From assembly GCF_902713615.1 (NCBI RefSeq), contig NC_052175.1, positions 12,069,271 through 12,133,270 on the forward strand: 64,000 bases of DNA. The letters are read 5' to 3'. The DNA comes from Scyliorhinus canicula (taxonomy: Eukaryota). Numbering within the stretch: position 1 is the stretch's first letter; every line of letters begins with the position of its first letter. The notes below the pieces were generated by a model that saw nothing but the letters and a program-made list of their open reading frames with translations, was not told where the DNA came from and ran no database searches. The position numbers and the translations under genes are program-made. This document shows positions 48,059 to 59,725 of this stretch, one piece after another.

Positions 48059-48695
48059 ATGTCTGAATTTTTGATGGAGAACTAGCCCCCCCCCCCCCTT
48101 CCCCAATGAAGATGCCAGCATATTCCACCCTGTGGATTCTGCCGACCCTCTCTCAAATTTAGAAATTATCATTTGAATTGCCCCACTCATCTCTGGTCAA
48201 CAAATGTGTCTGATGTGGCGATCCGCACTTCATTGTCTCTCTGGACGCCTGCTAATCTCATTACTGGGCAAATTGCACTGTATTATTCCGCTAGGCGCCT
48301 GCTAATCTTGTTCCTTTGTCTTTTATTTTGTTGTCAGTGCTAATTCACTGCCAATCTCGTTAATTTCCCAAATTCCTAACAAAGGTTTATGGGGATAAGG
48401 CGGGAATTGAGGATTATCACATCAGCTCAGTCGTGATCCCATGGAGTGGCGGAGCAGACTCGATGGGCCGAGTGGCCTCTTTCTGCTCTTACGCTTCTGC
48501 GGCGCAGAAACACCACCTCGGGGCGGAGGGGCCGAAGGGCCTGATTTGGAGCGGTTCCGTCCCAGAGATAGAGAGGGTGGAGACGGAAGCTGAGGCGGAG
48601 ACGTTGCCGCGAACGGGGAAATTATAAATGTCCGCGCTGAAGCTTCCTTTTTCCTTTTGCAATTCTCAACTCACGTGGGTCTGGTTACCTTGCAG

Positions 48696-48787
48696 AAAAC
48701 ATACTGCAGTCACAGAAGGACCCGAAGCTGCGGCAGAGGCCGAAGAACGCAGGGCAAGAGAGCGAGGAGAAAACGCAGGATCCGCAG
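48696..48787 (+). CDS. RFX5: RFX5-type linker exon (ENILQSQKDPKLRQRPKNAGQESEEKTQDPQ)
   Basis: ttgcag acceptor and CAG|gtgagt donor; phase 1 in, phase 0 out, exactly bridging the flanking exons. Confidence 0.75.
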
Positions 48788-49067
48788 GTGAGTGAGCCCA
48801 TTTCTCGCCTCTCATTCCTGGCAGGTGTGGGCGCTCCCAGGGGCCGCAGCTTGGCTGGCCTGTGGCTTGGGAGAGCCCAGAGGCTTCACATCGGCAAGAA
48901 AGTGTCAGCCACCTCGAAGCCAGCGATGCATAGACCCGGCAGATTCCACGCCCCCCTAGGGCTTGGCGGTCCCAATTGCGCAGTCTCTCTTCAGTCGGAC
49001 GCCATGGGGTTAAGGTCCCTACTCCAGAGATTCTATCCCCTTAATCAAGACCGACATTCCCAATGCA

Positions 49068-50217
49068 TGTACTGAGGGAACGCCGCACTGTGGGAGGGTC
49101 ACTAGTGAGGGAGTGCTGCACTGTCAGAGGGTCAGTACTGAGGGAGTGCCGCACTGTGGGAGGGTCAGTACTGAGGGAGTGCCGCACTGTCAGAGGGTCA
49201 GTACTGAGGGAGCGCCGCACTGTGGGAGGGTCAGTACTGAGGGAGTGTCGCACTGTCAGAGGGTCAGTACTGAGGGAGCGCCGCACTGTGGGAGGGTCAG
49301 TACTGAGGGAACGCCGCACTGTGGGAGGGTCAGTACTGAGGGAGCGCCGCACTGTCAGGGGGTCAGTGCTGAGGGAGTGCTGCACTGTCGGAGGGTCAGT
49401 ACTGAGGGAGCGCCGCACTGTGGGAGGGTCAGTACTGAGGGAGTGCCGCACTGTGGGAGGGTCAGTACTGAGGGAGCGCCGCACTGTGGGAGGGTCAGTA
49501 CTGAGGGAGCGCCGCACTGTCAGAGGGTCAGTACTGAGGGAGTGCCGCACTGTGGGAGGGTCAGTGCTGAGGGAGCACCGCACTGTTGGAGGGTCAGTAC
49601 TGAGGGAGCGCCGCACTGTCAGAGGGTCAGTACTGAGGGAGTGCCGCACTGTCAGAGGGTCAGTACTGAGGGAGTGCCGCACTGTCGGAGGGTCAGTACT
49701 GAGGGAGCGCCGCACTGTCAGAGGGTCAGTGCTGAGGGAGCGCCGCACTGTGGGAGGGTCAGTACTGTAGGAGCTCCGCACTGTTGGAGGGTCAGTACTG
49801 AGGGAGCGCCGCACTGTGGGAGGGTCAGTACTGAGGGAGCACCGCACTGTTGGAGGGTCAGTACTGAGGGAGCGCCGCACTGTCAGAGGGTCAGTACTGA
49901 GGGAGCGCCGCACTGTGGGAGGGTCAGTACTGAGGGAGTGCCGCACTGTGGGAGGGTCAGTACTGAGGGAGCACCGCACTGTGGGAGGGTCAGTACTGAG
50001 GGAGCTCCGCACTGTTGGAGGGTCAGTACTGAGGGAGCGCCACACTGTGGGAGGGTCAGTACTGAGGGAGCACCGCACTGTTGGAGGGTCAGTACTGAGG
50101 GAGCTCCGCACTGTGGGAGGGTCAGTACTGAGGGAGCGCCGCACTGTGGGAGGGTCAGTACTGAGGGAGCTCCGCACTGTGGGAGGGTCAGTACTGAGGG
50201 AGTGCCGCACTGTGGGA
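49068..50217. repeat. Second 33-bp minisatellite (~35 units) in an independent DeuSINE-like copy, last RFX5 intron
   Basis: Same unit as the 44183 array; preceded by a SINE head remnant (~48985-49067). Confidence 0.92.
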
Positions 50218-50310
50218 GCATTTCACCTTTTGGTGAGGAATCTGTAGCTCTGTGACGTTGATTTGTTGGCCGGGGAGGTGAAAAGGTATAAACGTCCTCT
50301 TTTGTTTCAG

Positions 50311-51225
50311 CCCAAACAGACGGAGGGGCCCAAAGGGGCGAAGCCAAACTCCCCGAGCGGGAAGGAAGATCGGCCGGGACCAAAGCGAGTGAAGCAGACG
50401 ACCGCGGCGGACGTGGACAGTGTGATAAACCGCTACCCACCCATCTGGCCCAAGACCCAGGTAAAGAAGCTGCTGGCCATCTCGACAGCGTCCTGCGTTG
50501 CCCAGCCTGCCGTGCCCGTCAGGATGTGCACCCCGGTGCCCCTCGCTATGCCACCGGGATCCAACAGCGCCGGGCTTGTGGCCGCCGGGCCCCTCCCCCT
50601 GCTCAAGAAGGTTACGGTCATCCTCCCCGGCTCGGTTTGGCTCCCAGGGCAGGAGGGAGGAGGCCGCCCGCCGCCCAAGATCGAGGAGCGAACATGCGGT
50701 CCCAAGGCCGACAGGACCACCAGCTGCCACCCGCCGAAGAGCTCCGCCGCCGCCCCTCACAAGCGGCCCGCCAGCCCGCCGGGGGAGAAGCAGGCCTCCA
50801 AGAGGAAGCGGGGACGCCCGCGGAAGGTGGTGGGGGGGCAGCAGCTGCAGGAAGGTTCCGCGGGAGCGGCGGCCGGCGGTGCCAAGGGGGCTACGATCAC
50901 CCGCCCCGCTGCGGGCAGCACGGGCCCGCCTGAGAGCTCTACCCCGAACCTCCCCCTCGCGTCGCCCGCACCGAAGCCTCCAAACGCCGCCGCCGCCATC
51001 CTCTCGCCGCCCCCTGCCCCCTCTTCCCCCATGGACTGCTCTGGCAAACCAGCGGCCCCCGACGTGCCCACCGCCCGGCTCGACCCGCAGCCCCGAAAGA
51101 ACATTGGACCCTCAGAGCCGCGGGCTCGCAAGACCTCCGTCATCAGGCCAGTTTGGCCAACGGGGAGGGCCGGGGGCTGGAGGACGCGGTCACCAACGCA
51201 CACGACACCCAACGATCACCAGTGA
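50311..51225 (+). CDS. RFX5: RFX5 terminal coding exon: Pro-rich region, AT-hook/NLS KRKRGRPRK, xSVI motif
   Basis: tttgtttcag acceptor in frame with ORF 50263-51225. VDSVINRYPPIWPK resembles RFX5 VNALVARLPLLLPR. KRKRGRPRK and KTSVIR resemble the RFX5 C-terminus. Linked with APH1A and RAB13 as on human 1q21. The extreme C-terminus is uncertain. Confidence 0.8.
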   Translation, partial: PKQTEGPKGAKPNSPSGKEDRPGPKRVKQTTAADVDSVINRYPPIWPKTQVKKLLAISTASCVAQPAVPVRMCTPVPLAMPPGSNSAGLVAAGPLPLLKKVTVILPGSVWLPGQEGGGRPPPKIEERTCGPKADRTTSCHPPKSSAAAPHKRPASPPGEKQASKRKRGRPRKVVGGQQLQEGSAGAAAGGAKGATITRPAAGSTGPPESSTPNLPLASPAPKPPNAAAAILSPPPAPSSPMDCSGKPAAPDVPTARLDPQPRKNIGPSEPRARKTSVIRPVWPTGRAGGWRTRSPTHTTPNDHQ

Positions 51226-52082
51226 CGGCGGCTTTTGAAACCCGTCAACGGCATTACCTTAATTTCTGGCCGGGAGGCCCATCGACCCGGGCAGGCGGCG
51301 CAGAACGGGGCACCATTGCTTCGGCCAGTTACGTACCCTACCCCAGAACTACGCTCTGGATTGACCTCACCGTGTCTGAACACCAGGCGGGAGCCGGGGC
51401 GGGGGGGGGGGGGGGGGGGGGGTGTCAATTCCTGGCAGGCGGCCGACATCGCAGCAAAATTGCGCCGCCGAAACAGTCTACAGAGTCTACTTTGCAAAAA
51501 AACGAGGGTCCCACTGAATGGCAGCAGAGATGGGACGCGAACCCCCACGATAGACGAATGGGACTGGCTGCGAGCGGGGGGGGGGGGGGGGGGGGGGGAG
51601 TGGGCAGATAGGTGGGGTAGGGGTACAGTGTTTTGGAACGAGTTGAAGCTTAACGGCAGGGAGCGCAAGACTGGAAGTGCTTGTCCCAACGAGCCACCAA
51701 ACCTTCCGATGGCGCGCACTGCCCTTACCGAGACACGGGCGAGACGCGAGAAAGAAAAGTCCCGACTGCCAATAATCTGGCCTCGAGTCTGGGAAATTCT
51801 CCCCGGCAAACCGGGTGGTTAAGGGTGGCGGGGGTGGGGGTGCAGTGTCCCCCTCCGTATTTATTACTGAGGCTGCATAACGGAGCCATTCCCGCCTTCA
51901 GGAGTAGCAGGGGGTCTCTCCTCTCTTAATACACTCTGACCGATTTTAGACAGCCATAAGCAACTCTCCATAAAGAGGGAGAGATGGTCTGAGGCTTCCT
52001 TGAACCCAGCTGCCAAGTGTACTGAGGGGTTTTCCTTTTTTTTATTACAGAAATGAAAAATAATGATTGTGTTGAAAATGTA

Positions 52083-52088
52083 AATAAA
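52083..52088 (+). terminator. Likely RFX5 polyadenylation signal AATAAA
   Basis: AATAAA at the end of an AT-rich stretch ~860 nt after the stop, followed by a GT/T-rich downstream element. Confidence 0.55.
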
Positions 52089-52278
52089 ACATATTGCCGA
52101 CGTATCCGTTTCCCCAGTGTGCCTTTCATGTCCCAGGTTGGGCTTCTTGAATCTCACTGAAGAGAGAAGGGGTCGCCACATCTTTTTTTTTTAACATTTT
52201 ATTGTGGTATTTGTAATTTTATAATAATAACAATAACAACAACAGCAAAGAAAATAAATCCAAATATAAACTTTGTAC

Positions 52279-53165
52279 TGTTGCTCGTTCTGGGTGAGTG
52301 TGCTTTACACTCAATTTGGCTCTGTTTAGTTCCTTAGCTCTGGAGTCGCCAGGTATCGTTCAGATACCGCCACAAGTTTCAAGTTCAAACCAATAACTCA
52401 ATACACCAGTTAGTAAGTTCAAACAAGACACGTTTATTATAGTATAGTTATCTACTAATTATGCATATAAGACTACAAGACTAGGCTATTCCTACCACTA
52501 CCAGGCCAATACTTATCTGGAATAAGGGAACTGCCGGATCAGGGAACAATGGCCTCTTGCTTTGTCCTGGATCCGCAGGCTTCCAGTCGGTGTGGACTAA
52601 AGGGGTCAGGAGTGTCTACTCTCGTAGCGTGCGTTGTATGACACTTACTTGATGGCGGCTGCTGACCAGGCCTCTCCTTCTCAAGGTTCTTCGAGAGCTG
52701 CTAAGATGTTCTGCTGGGAGGGCCGGCTGGTCAAGCGAGCGAATCAGTCCTGGGACCTGACTTTTACAGGTCCCAGGGGCTTCGCACCCTTCTGGGCGGA
52801 CCCTCTATAAACCTGCGTCTCTTCCCAATCGATTGATTTGAATTTCCCCAAAAACGGGGCCGTTCCTCGATCACCGGGCGGTTCCTTACACCTTATTGGT
52901 GCCCCTTTGTCTTAGACTCCGCTGGCGCCGGAATGTCTGGACTTCCATAGAATGTTTAACTGTTGTGTCCATTGTGCCTGGGAATCACCGTGAATCGCTT
53001 CATTAATATGGGCAGCTTGTTAGTTACAATTCTGTCGGGTTTCTGTGGCAGCGAGAATCCAGGGGATTCTGCAGACTGCTGGTTTCTTTGCCAATGTCCA
53101 TTTTACCCTGCAATCTTTGCGTTCTTCCATTTTGTGTGCGGAAGTGGCTAACCCAGGTGGCTACA
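52279..53165 (-). mobile_element. Solo LTR, family C (~890 bp), 4-bp TSD gtac
   Basis: TG...CA ends (tgttgctc...ggctaca); gtac at 52275-52278 and 53166-53169; minus-strand AATAAA near 52433. Confidence 0.75.
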
Positions 53166-53404
53166 GTACATACAGCATTTCCACCGCTAACAGGTCCCTC
53201 CTACCCTTAACAGAAAATAGCCTAACCCCGCCCCTCCCCCCTTTAGATTTTTTGCCAATTTAAAATCTGTCCAACTCTTCCTTAAATTGACTCACTCTCC
53301 CAGCATCCTCCACACACTCGGGCAGCGAATTGGCAACGCTAATTTGCCCCTTAATTGGGGAAAAAAAAGAATTGGGTACTCTAAATTTATTTTAAAACAT
53401 GTAG

Positions 53405-54008
53405 TGTTATGGGCCAGGGTTTAGAGAAGCCCAAAGTGTATCATGGAGTTGACCTAACCCACAGCTTTTACTAGATTGTGGTATGGGGAGCACACGGCCC
53501 ACTCTACAGGTACAGCAGAAACGGAAAAGTATTTTTTAAAGCAAAACAATGTTTATTCTATGAACTCAAGTTAACCTTTTTAAAACATACAGTGAATATC
53601 TTAGCAACCATCGATTCAAATACAACCCCCAAAGACTACAACACTAAGTAATCCTTTAAGCTCTCCTTTTAACATCCACCTTTTACCAGAAGCACATCAG
53701 GTTACAGTGACGACTGTTATTAGTTTTAAATCACCAGGGTCGATTTACAGTCTTTAGATTACAGACAGAGAGATTCAGGCACCTTCTGGCTGGGACTGCA
53801 GCTATCCAGCTCTGAAAACGGAACTAAAACACACCGTGCAGCAAACAGTCTAAAACGAAAGTAAAAAGCTGGCAGACAGCCAGCTCCACCCACACTCTGA
53901 CGTCACTGCAGTAATAAACTTTAATTTCTTAAAGGTGCTCTCACTACAGATATTTATATACACACCCATTTATAAACACCCATTTCTTAAAGGTACACTC
54001 ACATGACA
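53405..54008 (-). mobile_element. Solo LTR, family A
   Basis: tgttatgggccagg...cacatgaca; no clean TSD seen. Confidence 0.75.
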
Positions 54009-55160
54009 TTAACACCTCGGACACTATGTCCGCAAACCGCTGCTAGAATCCTTCCAGCTTCGGACAGGCCCAGAACATATGGACATGATTCACAGCCCCC
54101 CCCCCCCCCCCCACGCACTGCCCACACTTGTTGCCCAGCCCCTCAAAGAACCTGCTCATCCTGGCCACCATTATATGCACCCTGCGGATTACTTTAAACC
54201 GGATGAACACGATGAGGACGCATTCAGCACCCCCCACCCTTCACCCCCCGCAGAGCCTCCTCCCACGCCCCGGCCTCCAACCCCCCACCCAGCTCCACTT
54301 CCTACTTCCACTTAGTCTCCCCCACCAGGGCCCCCTCCCAATCAACAGCTCCTTACAGACCTCGGACACCTTCTCCTGCCTTATCCCCTCCCTCGACAGC
54401 ACCTTATGCTTCAACCTCGGGGGTGGCAACCGAGGAAAGGACGGCACCCCTCCCCCCTCACGAAATCCCGGGCCGGCAACAGCCTAAAACCACCCTCCCA
54501 CCAACCCCCACCCCCAGATTCCTCCTCCAGGTCCTCTTAATTTCGCAAAGCTGCCCCTTCCGAACAGCGCCCCGGATCGCTCAATCCCTGCTTGCCCCCA
54601 TCCCCGAAACCTCGCGTCCAGCAGCCCCCCCCCCCGCCCCAGTGCAAATCTATAATTATCACAGATTGGTGCCCACACTGAGGCACCCTTCAGTCCTCAA
54701 ATGCTGCCTCCACAGCCCCCACACCCTCAAGACCGGCACCACCACTGGAGTATCTGCCCGGCGGGAACGGCAGAGGCGCCGTCAACAATGCCCTCAAGCC
54801 CATCCTCCTTCAAGAAGCTGCCTCCTTCTGACCCATACCGACCCCTCCCCCACTTGTCGGCACAACATCGGGGGCTGAAGGGCCTGTGCTGTTCTACGTT
54901 CAATGTACCCATACCCTGACGATGGCAATGTTTGCCGGCCAGTAGGAATTCATTATGTTTGGCAATGCCAGCCCCCCCCCCCCCCCCCCCCCCCCCCACC
55001 CCCCATGGGTCTTCCCCATCCAAATAAACCCAGGGATCAGTGCATTAACCTTCTTAACAAATGACTTCAGGACAAAGATCGGGCAGTTCTGAGATACAAG
55101 CCGGAACCTGGGCAGCACCGTCAGACCTTCACTGTCTGCCACTGTGCGTGTGGAGTTTGC

Positions 55161-58100
55161 GTGGGGAGGGTTTAAACTAATGTGGCAGGGGGATGGGAAC
55201 CGATGCAGGAAGTTGGAAGGTAGTAAAACAGGGACAGAAGCAAAAGGAAGTAAGGGGGAAAGTGCAAGACAGAGAAGACATAGTCAAAAATCAAAAAGGG
55301 CGACAGTACAAGGTACAGTGACTGAGGGGAGCTCAGTGAATAGGCCCAGTAATACTAAAAGGAGTAAAACTGGAGATGTTAAGATTCAAAACAGAGGTAA
55401 AAAAACCAACATAAGTGTACTTTACCTGAATGCTCGTAGTATTCGCAATAAAGTAAATGAGTTGACGGCGCAAATCATCATGAATGACTATGATTTAGTG
55501 GCCATTACTGAAACATGGTTAAAGGATGGTCACGACTGGGAGTTAAATATCCGAGGGTATCAAACTATTCGGAAGGACAGAGTGGATGGTAAGGGAGGTG
55601 GTGTAGCTCTGTTATTTAAGGATGACATCCGGGCAATAGTTAGGGATGATATTGGTGCTATGGAGGATAAGGTTGAATCCATTTGGGTGGAAATCAGGAA
55701 AAGTAAGGCGAAAAAGTCACTGATAGGAGTAGTCTATCGGCCACCAAATAGTAACATTATGGTGGGGCAGGCAATAAACAAAGAGATAACTGATGCATGT
55801 AGAAATGGTACAGCAGTTATCATGGGGGATTTTAATCTACATGTCGATTGGTTTAACCAGGTCGGTCAAGGCAACCTTGAGGAGGAGTTTATAGAATGTA
55901 TCCGCGATAATTTCCTAGAACAGTGTGTAATGGACCCTATGAGGGAACAAGCGGTCCTAGATCTTATCCTGTGTAATGAAACAGGATTGATTCATGATTG
56001 ATTCAATAGTTAGGGATCCTCTCGGAAGGAGCGATCACAATATGGTGGAATTTAAAATACAGATGGAGGGTGAGAAGGTAAAATCAAATACTAGTGTTTT
56101 GTGTTTAAACAAAGGAGATTACAATGGGATGAGAGAAGAACTAGCTAAGGTAGACTGGGAGCAAAGACTTTATGGTGGTACAGTTGAGGAACAGTGGAGA
56201 ACCTTCCAAGCGATTTTTCACAGTGCTCAGCAAAGGTTTATACCAACAAAAAGGAAGGACGGTAGAAAGAGGGAAAATCGACCGTGGATATCTAAGGAAA
56301 TAAGGGAGAGTATCAAATTGAAGGAAAGAGCATACAAAGTGGCAAAGATTGGTGGGAGACTAGAGGACTGGGAAATATTTAAGGGGCAACAGAAAGCTAC
56401 TAAAAAAAGCTATAAAGAAGAGTAAGATAGAGTATGAGAGTAAACTTGCTCAGAATATAAAAACAGACAGTAAAAGTTTTTACAAATATATAAAGCAAAA
56501 AAGAGTGGTTAAGGTTAATATTGGTCCTTTAGAGGATGAGAAGGGAGTTTTAATAATGGGAGATGAGGAAATGGCTGAGGAACTGAACAGGTTTTTTGGG
56601 TCGGTCTTCACAGTGGAAGACACAAATAACATGCCAGTGACTGATAGAAATGAGGCTATGACAGGTGATGACCTTGAGAGGATTGTTATCACTAAGGAGG
56701 TAGTGATGGGCAAACTAATGGGGCTAAAGGTAGACAAGTCTCCTGGCCCTGATGGAATGCATCGCAGAGTGCTAAAAGAGATGGCTAGGGAAATTGCAGA
56801 TGCACTAGTGATGATTTACCAAAATTCACTAGACTCTGGGGTGGTCCCGGTGGATTGGAAATTAGCAAACGTGACACCACTGTTTAAAAAAGGAGGTAGG
56901 CAGAGAGCAGGAAATTATAGGCCAGTGAGCTTAACGTCTGTAGTAGGGAAGATGCTGGAATCTATCATCAAGGAACAAATAGCGAGGCATCTGGATAGAA
57001 ATTGTCCCATTGGGCAAACGCAGCATGGGTTCATAAAGGGCAGGTCGTGCCTAACTAATTTAGTGGAATTTTTTGAGGACATTATCAGTGCAGTAGATAA
57101 CGGGGAGCCAATGGATGTGGCATATCTGGATTTCCAGAAAGCTTTTGACAAGGTGCCACACAAAAGGCTGCTGCATAAGATAAAGATGCATGGCATTACG
57201 GGTAAAGTAGTAGCATGGATAGAGGATTGGTTAATTAATAGAAAGCAAAGAGTGGGGATTAATGGGTGCTTCTCTGGTTGGCGATCAGTAACTAGTTGTG
57301 TCCCTCAGGGATCCGTGTTGGGCCCACAATTGTTCACAATCTACATAGATGATTTAGAGTTGGGGACCAAGGGCAATGTGTCCAGGTTTGCAGATGACAC
57401 TAAGATGAGTGGTAAAGCGAAAAGTGCAGATGATACTGGAAGTCTGCAGAGGGATTTGGATAGGTTAAGTCAATGGGCTAGGGTCTGGCAAATGAAATAC
57501 AATGTTGACAAATGTGAGGTTATCCATTTTGGTAGGAATAACAGCAAACGGATTATTATTTAAACAATAAAATATTAAAGCATGCTGCTGTGCAGAGAGA
57601 CCTGGGTGTGCTAGTGCATGAGTCACAGAAAGTTGGTTTATAGGTGCAACAGGTGATTAAGAAGGCAAATGGAATTTTGTCCTTCATTGCTAGAGGGATG
57701 AAGTTTAAGACTAGGGAGGTTATGCTGCAATTGTATAGGGTGTTAGTGAGGCCACACCTGGAGTATTGTGTTCAGTTTTGGTCTCCTTACTTGAGAAAGG
57801 ACGTACTGGCACTGGAGGGTGTGCAGAGGAGATTCACGAGGTTAATCCCAGAGCTGAAGGGGTTGGATTACGAGGAGAGGTTGATTAGACTGGGACTGTA
57901 CTCGTTGGAATTTAGAAGGATGAGGGGGGATCTTATAGAAACATATCAAATTATGAAGGGAATAGATAGGATAGATGCGGGCAGGTTGTTTCCACTGGCG
58001 GGTGAAAGCAGAACTAGGGGGCATAGCCTCAAAATAAGGTGAAGTAGATTTAGGACTGAGTTTAGGAGGAACGTCTTCACCCAAAGGGTTGTGAATCTAT

Positions 58101-58318
58101 GGAATTCCTTGCCCAGTGAAGCAGTTGAGGCTCCTTCATTAAATGTTTTTAAGGTAAAGATAGATAGTTTTTTAAAGAAAAAAGGGATTAAGGGTTATGG
58201 TGTTCGGGCCGGAAAGTGGAGCTGAGTCCACAAAAGATCAGCCATGATCTCATTGAATGGCGGAGCAGGCTCGAGGGGCCAGATGGCCGACTCCTGCTCC
58301 TAGTTCTTATGTTCTTAC
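55161..58318 (+). mobile_element. Young CR1/HER1 LINE with near-complete ORF2 (EN + RT, few disruptions), 6-bp TSD gtttgc
   Basis: YLNARSIRNK, AITETWL, VYRPP, MGDFN, SDHN, KSPGPDGMH, NYRPVSLTS, DFQKAFDKVPH, PQGSVLGP, FADDTK; 3' tcttatgttctta repeat; gtttgc at 55155-55160 and 58319-58324 inside a V-SINE. Confidence 0.93.
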
Positions 58319-58392
58319 GTTTGCACATTCTCCCCGTGTTTGCGTGGGTGTCGCCCCCACAACCCAAATATGTGCAGGCTAGGTGGAATGGC

Positions 58393-59091
58393 TGTGGTGA
58401 TATGCATCACTGTAAATACACAAGGGGTTAATGTAAATACACTAAGTAAACACTAGAGGGAGCACCAGAGACGCCATGACATGCAGACATACACCAAAGA
58501 ACACATAGAATAGGACACAACCAATGGGCAGTCAAGACACTCAGAGGTGACACTACCACAAGGGGGCATTACACAACCCATATATTTTTTTTTTTAAAAT
58601 TTAGAGTATCCAATTATTTTTTCCAATTAAGGGGCAATTTAGCATGGCCAATTCACCTAACCTGCACATCTTTGGGTTGTGGGGGCGAAACCCACGCAGA
58701 CACGGGGAGAATGTGCAAACTCCACACGGACAGTGACCCAGGGCCGGGATTCGAACCCGGGTCCTCAGCGCCGTAGGCAGCAATGCTAACCACTGTGCCA
58801 CCGTGCTGCCCTCACAACCCATATATAAGGACAGGGCACACATGCTCTGTCTCTTTCCACAGGCGACACTGAGAGAGTAGGACAGGGGCAGATCAGAAGC
58901 ATCACACCCACCACGTGGCTTAGAGCAGACTGGTTAGACTGAGTTACTATAGCAAGATTAGCAGGAGAGTCGAACTCATGGAGAACTGTGCTAATGGTTC
59001 AATAAATCGCATTGAACTTACTTCAAAGTCTGGAGTATATCAAAGCTGCATTGAGTTGCAGCCGGTGTTATCCCAGAATATATAACACAAC
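58393..59091 (+). mobile_element. Solo LTR, family B, containing a poly(A) V-SINE (~58586-58811, - strand, 14-bp TSD)
   Basis: tgtggtg...cacaaca termini, TATA-like atatataa, AATAAA ~59001; SINE TSD cacaacccatatat at 58572-58585 and 58813-58826. Confidence 0.8.
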
Positions 59092-59725
59092 ATTGGCCAT
59101 GCTAAATTGCCCCTTAATTGGAAAAAAAAATGAATTGGGTATTCTAAATTTATATATAATTTTTTTTTAAATCTTCACTGTGTTCACCTGTCCCGCCAAC
59201 GACAGGGGACGCACATCGCACCTCTTAAAATCCCCCTTCATCTGCTCCACCAACCGGGCAAAATCTAACTTATACAACTGTGCCCAACCCCATGTTACCT
59301 GAATGCCCAGGTATCTAAAGCTCACGCCAACCACCTTGAATGGCAGCTCCCCTAACGTCCTATTCTGGCCTCTGGTCTCAATCGGGAACACCTCGCTCTT
59401 TCCCATGTTCAGCTTGTACCCGAGAACCGGCCAAAGTCCTCCGAAATCCCCATAATGCACCCAATGGGTCCAAAATATATAAGAGCACAGTGGGCTAAAG
59501 AGCTGGCTTGCAATGCAGAACAAGGCCAGCAGCATGGGTTCAATTCCCGTACCGGCCTCCCCGAACAGGCGCCGGACTGTGGCGACGAGGGGCTTTCCAC
59601 AGTAACTTCATTGAAACCGACTTGTGACAATAAGCGATTATTATTATTAAGAGCAGGCTGTCCGGGTACAGCGAAACCCAGTGTTCGATGCCCCTCCTCC
59701 CCCCGCGCACAATCCCTCTGCAACC

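Noticed and set aside
44075-50255. Cys/His-periodic ORFs (PHCGRVSTEG)n resembling zinc fingers
   Set aside because: 33-bp array translations; spacing does not fit C2H2 and all frames are open.
51216-51822. 195-197 aa ORFs downstream of RFX5
   Set aside because: GC-rich 3' UTR with poly-G runs and no recognisable domain.
55144-58042. Active autonomous CR1
   Set aside because: 5'-truncated (no complete ORF1 or promoter), and ORF2 is broken into four pieces; some breaks could be sequencing errors.
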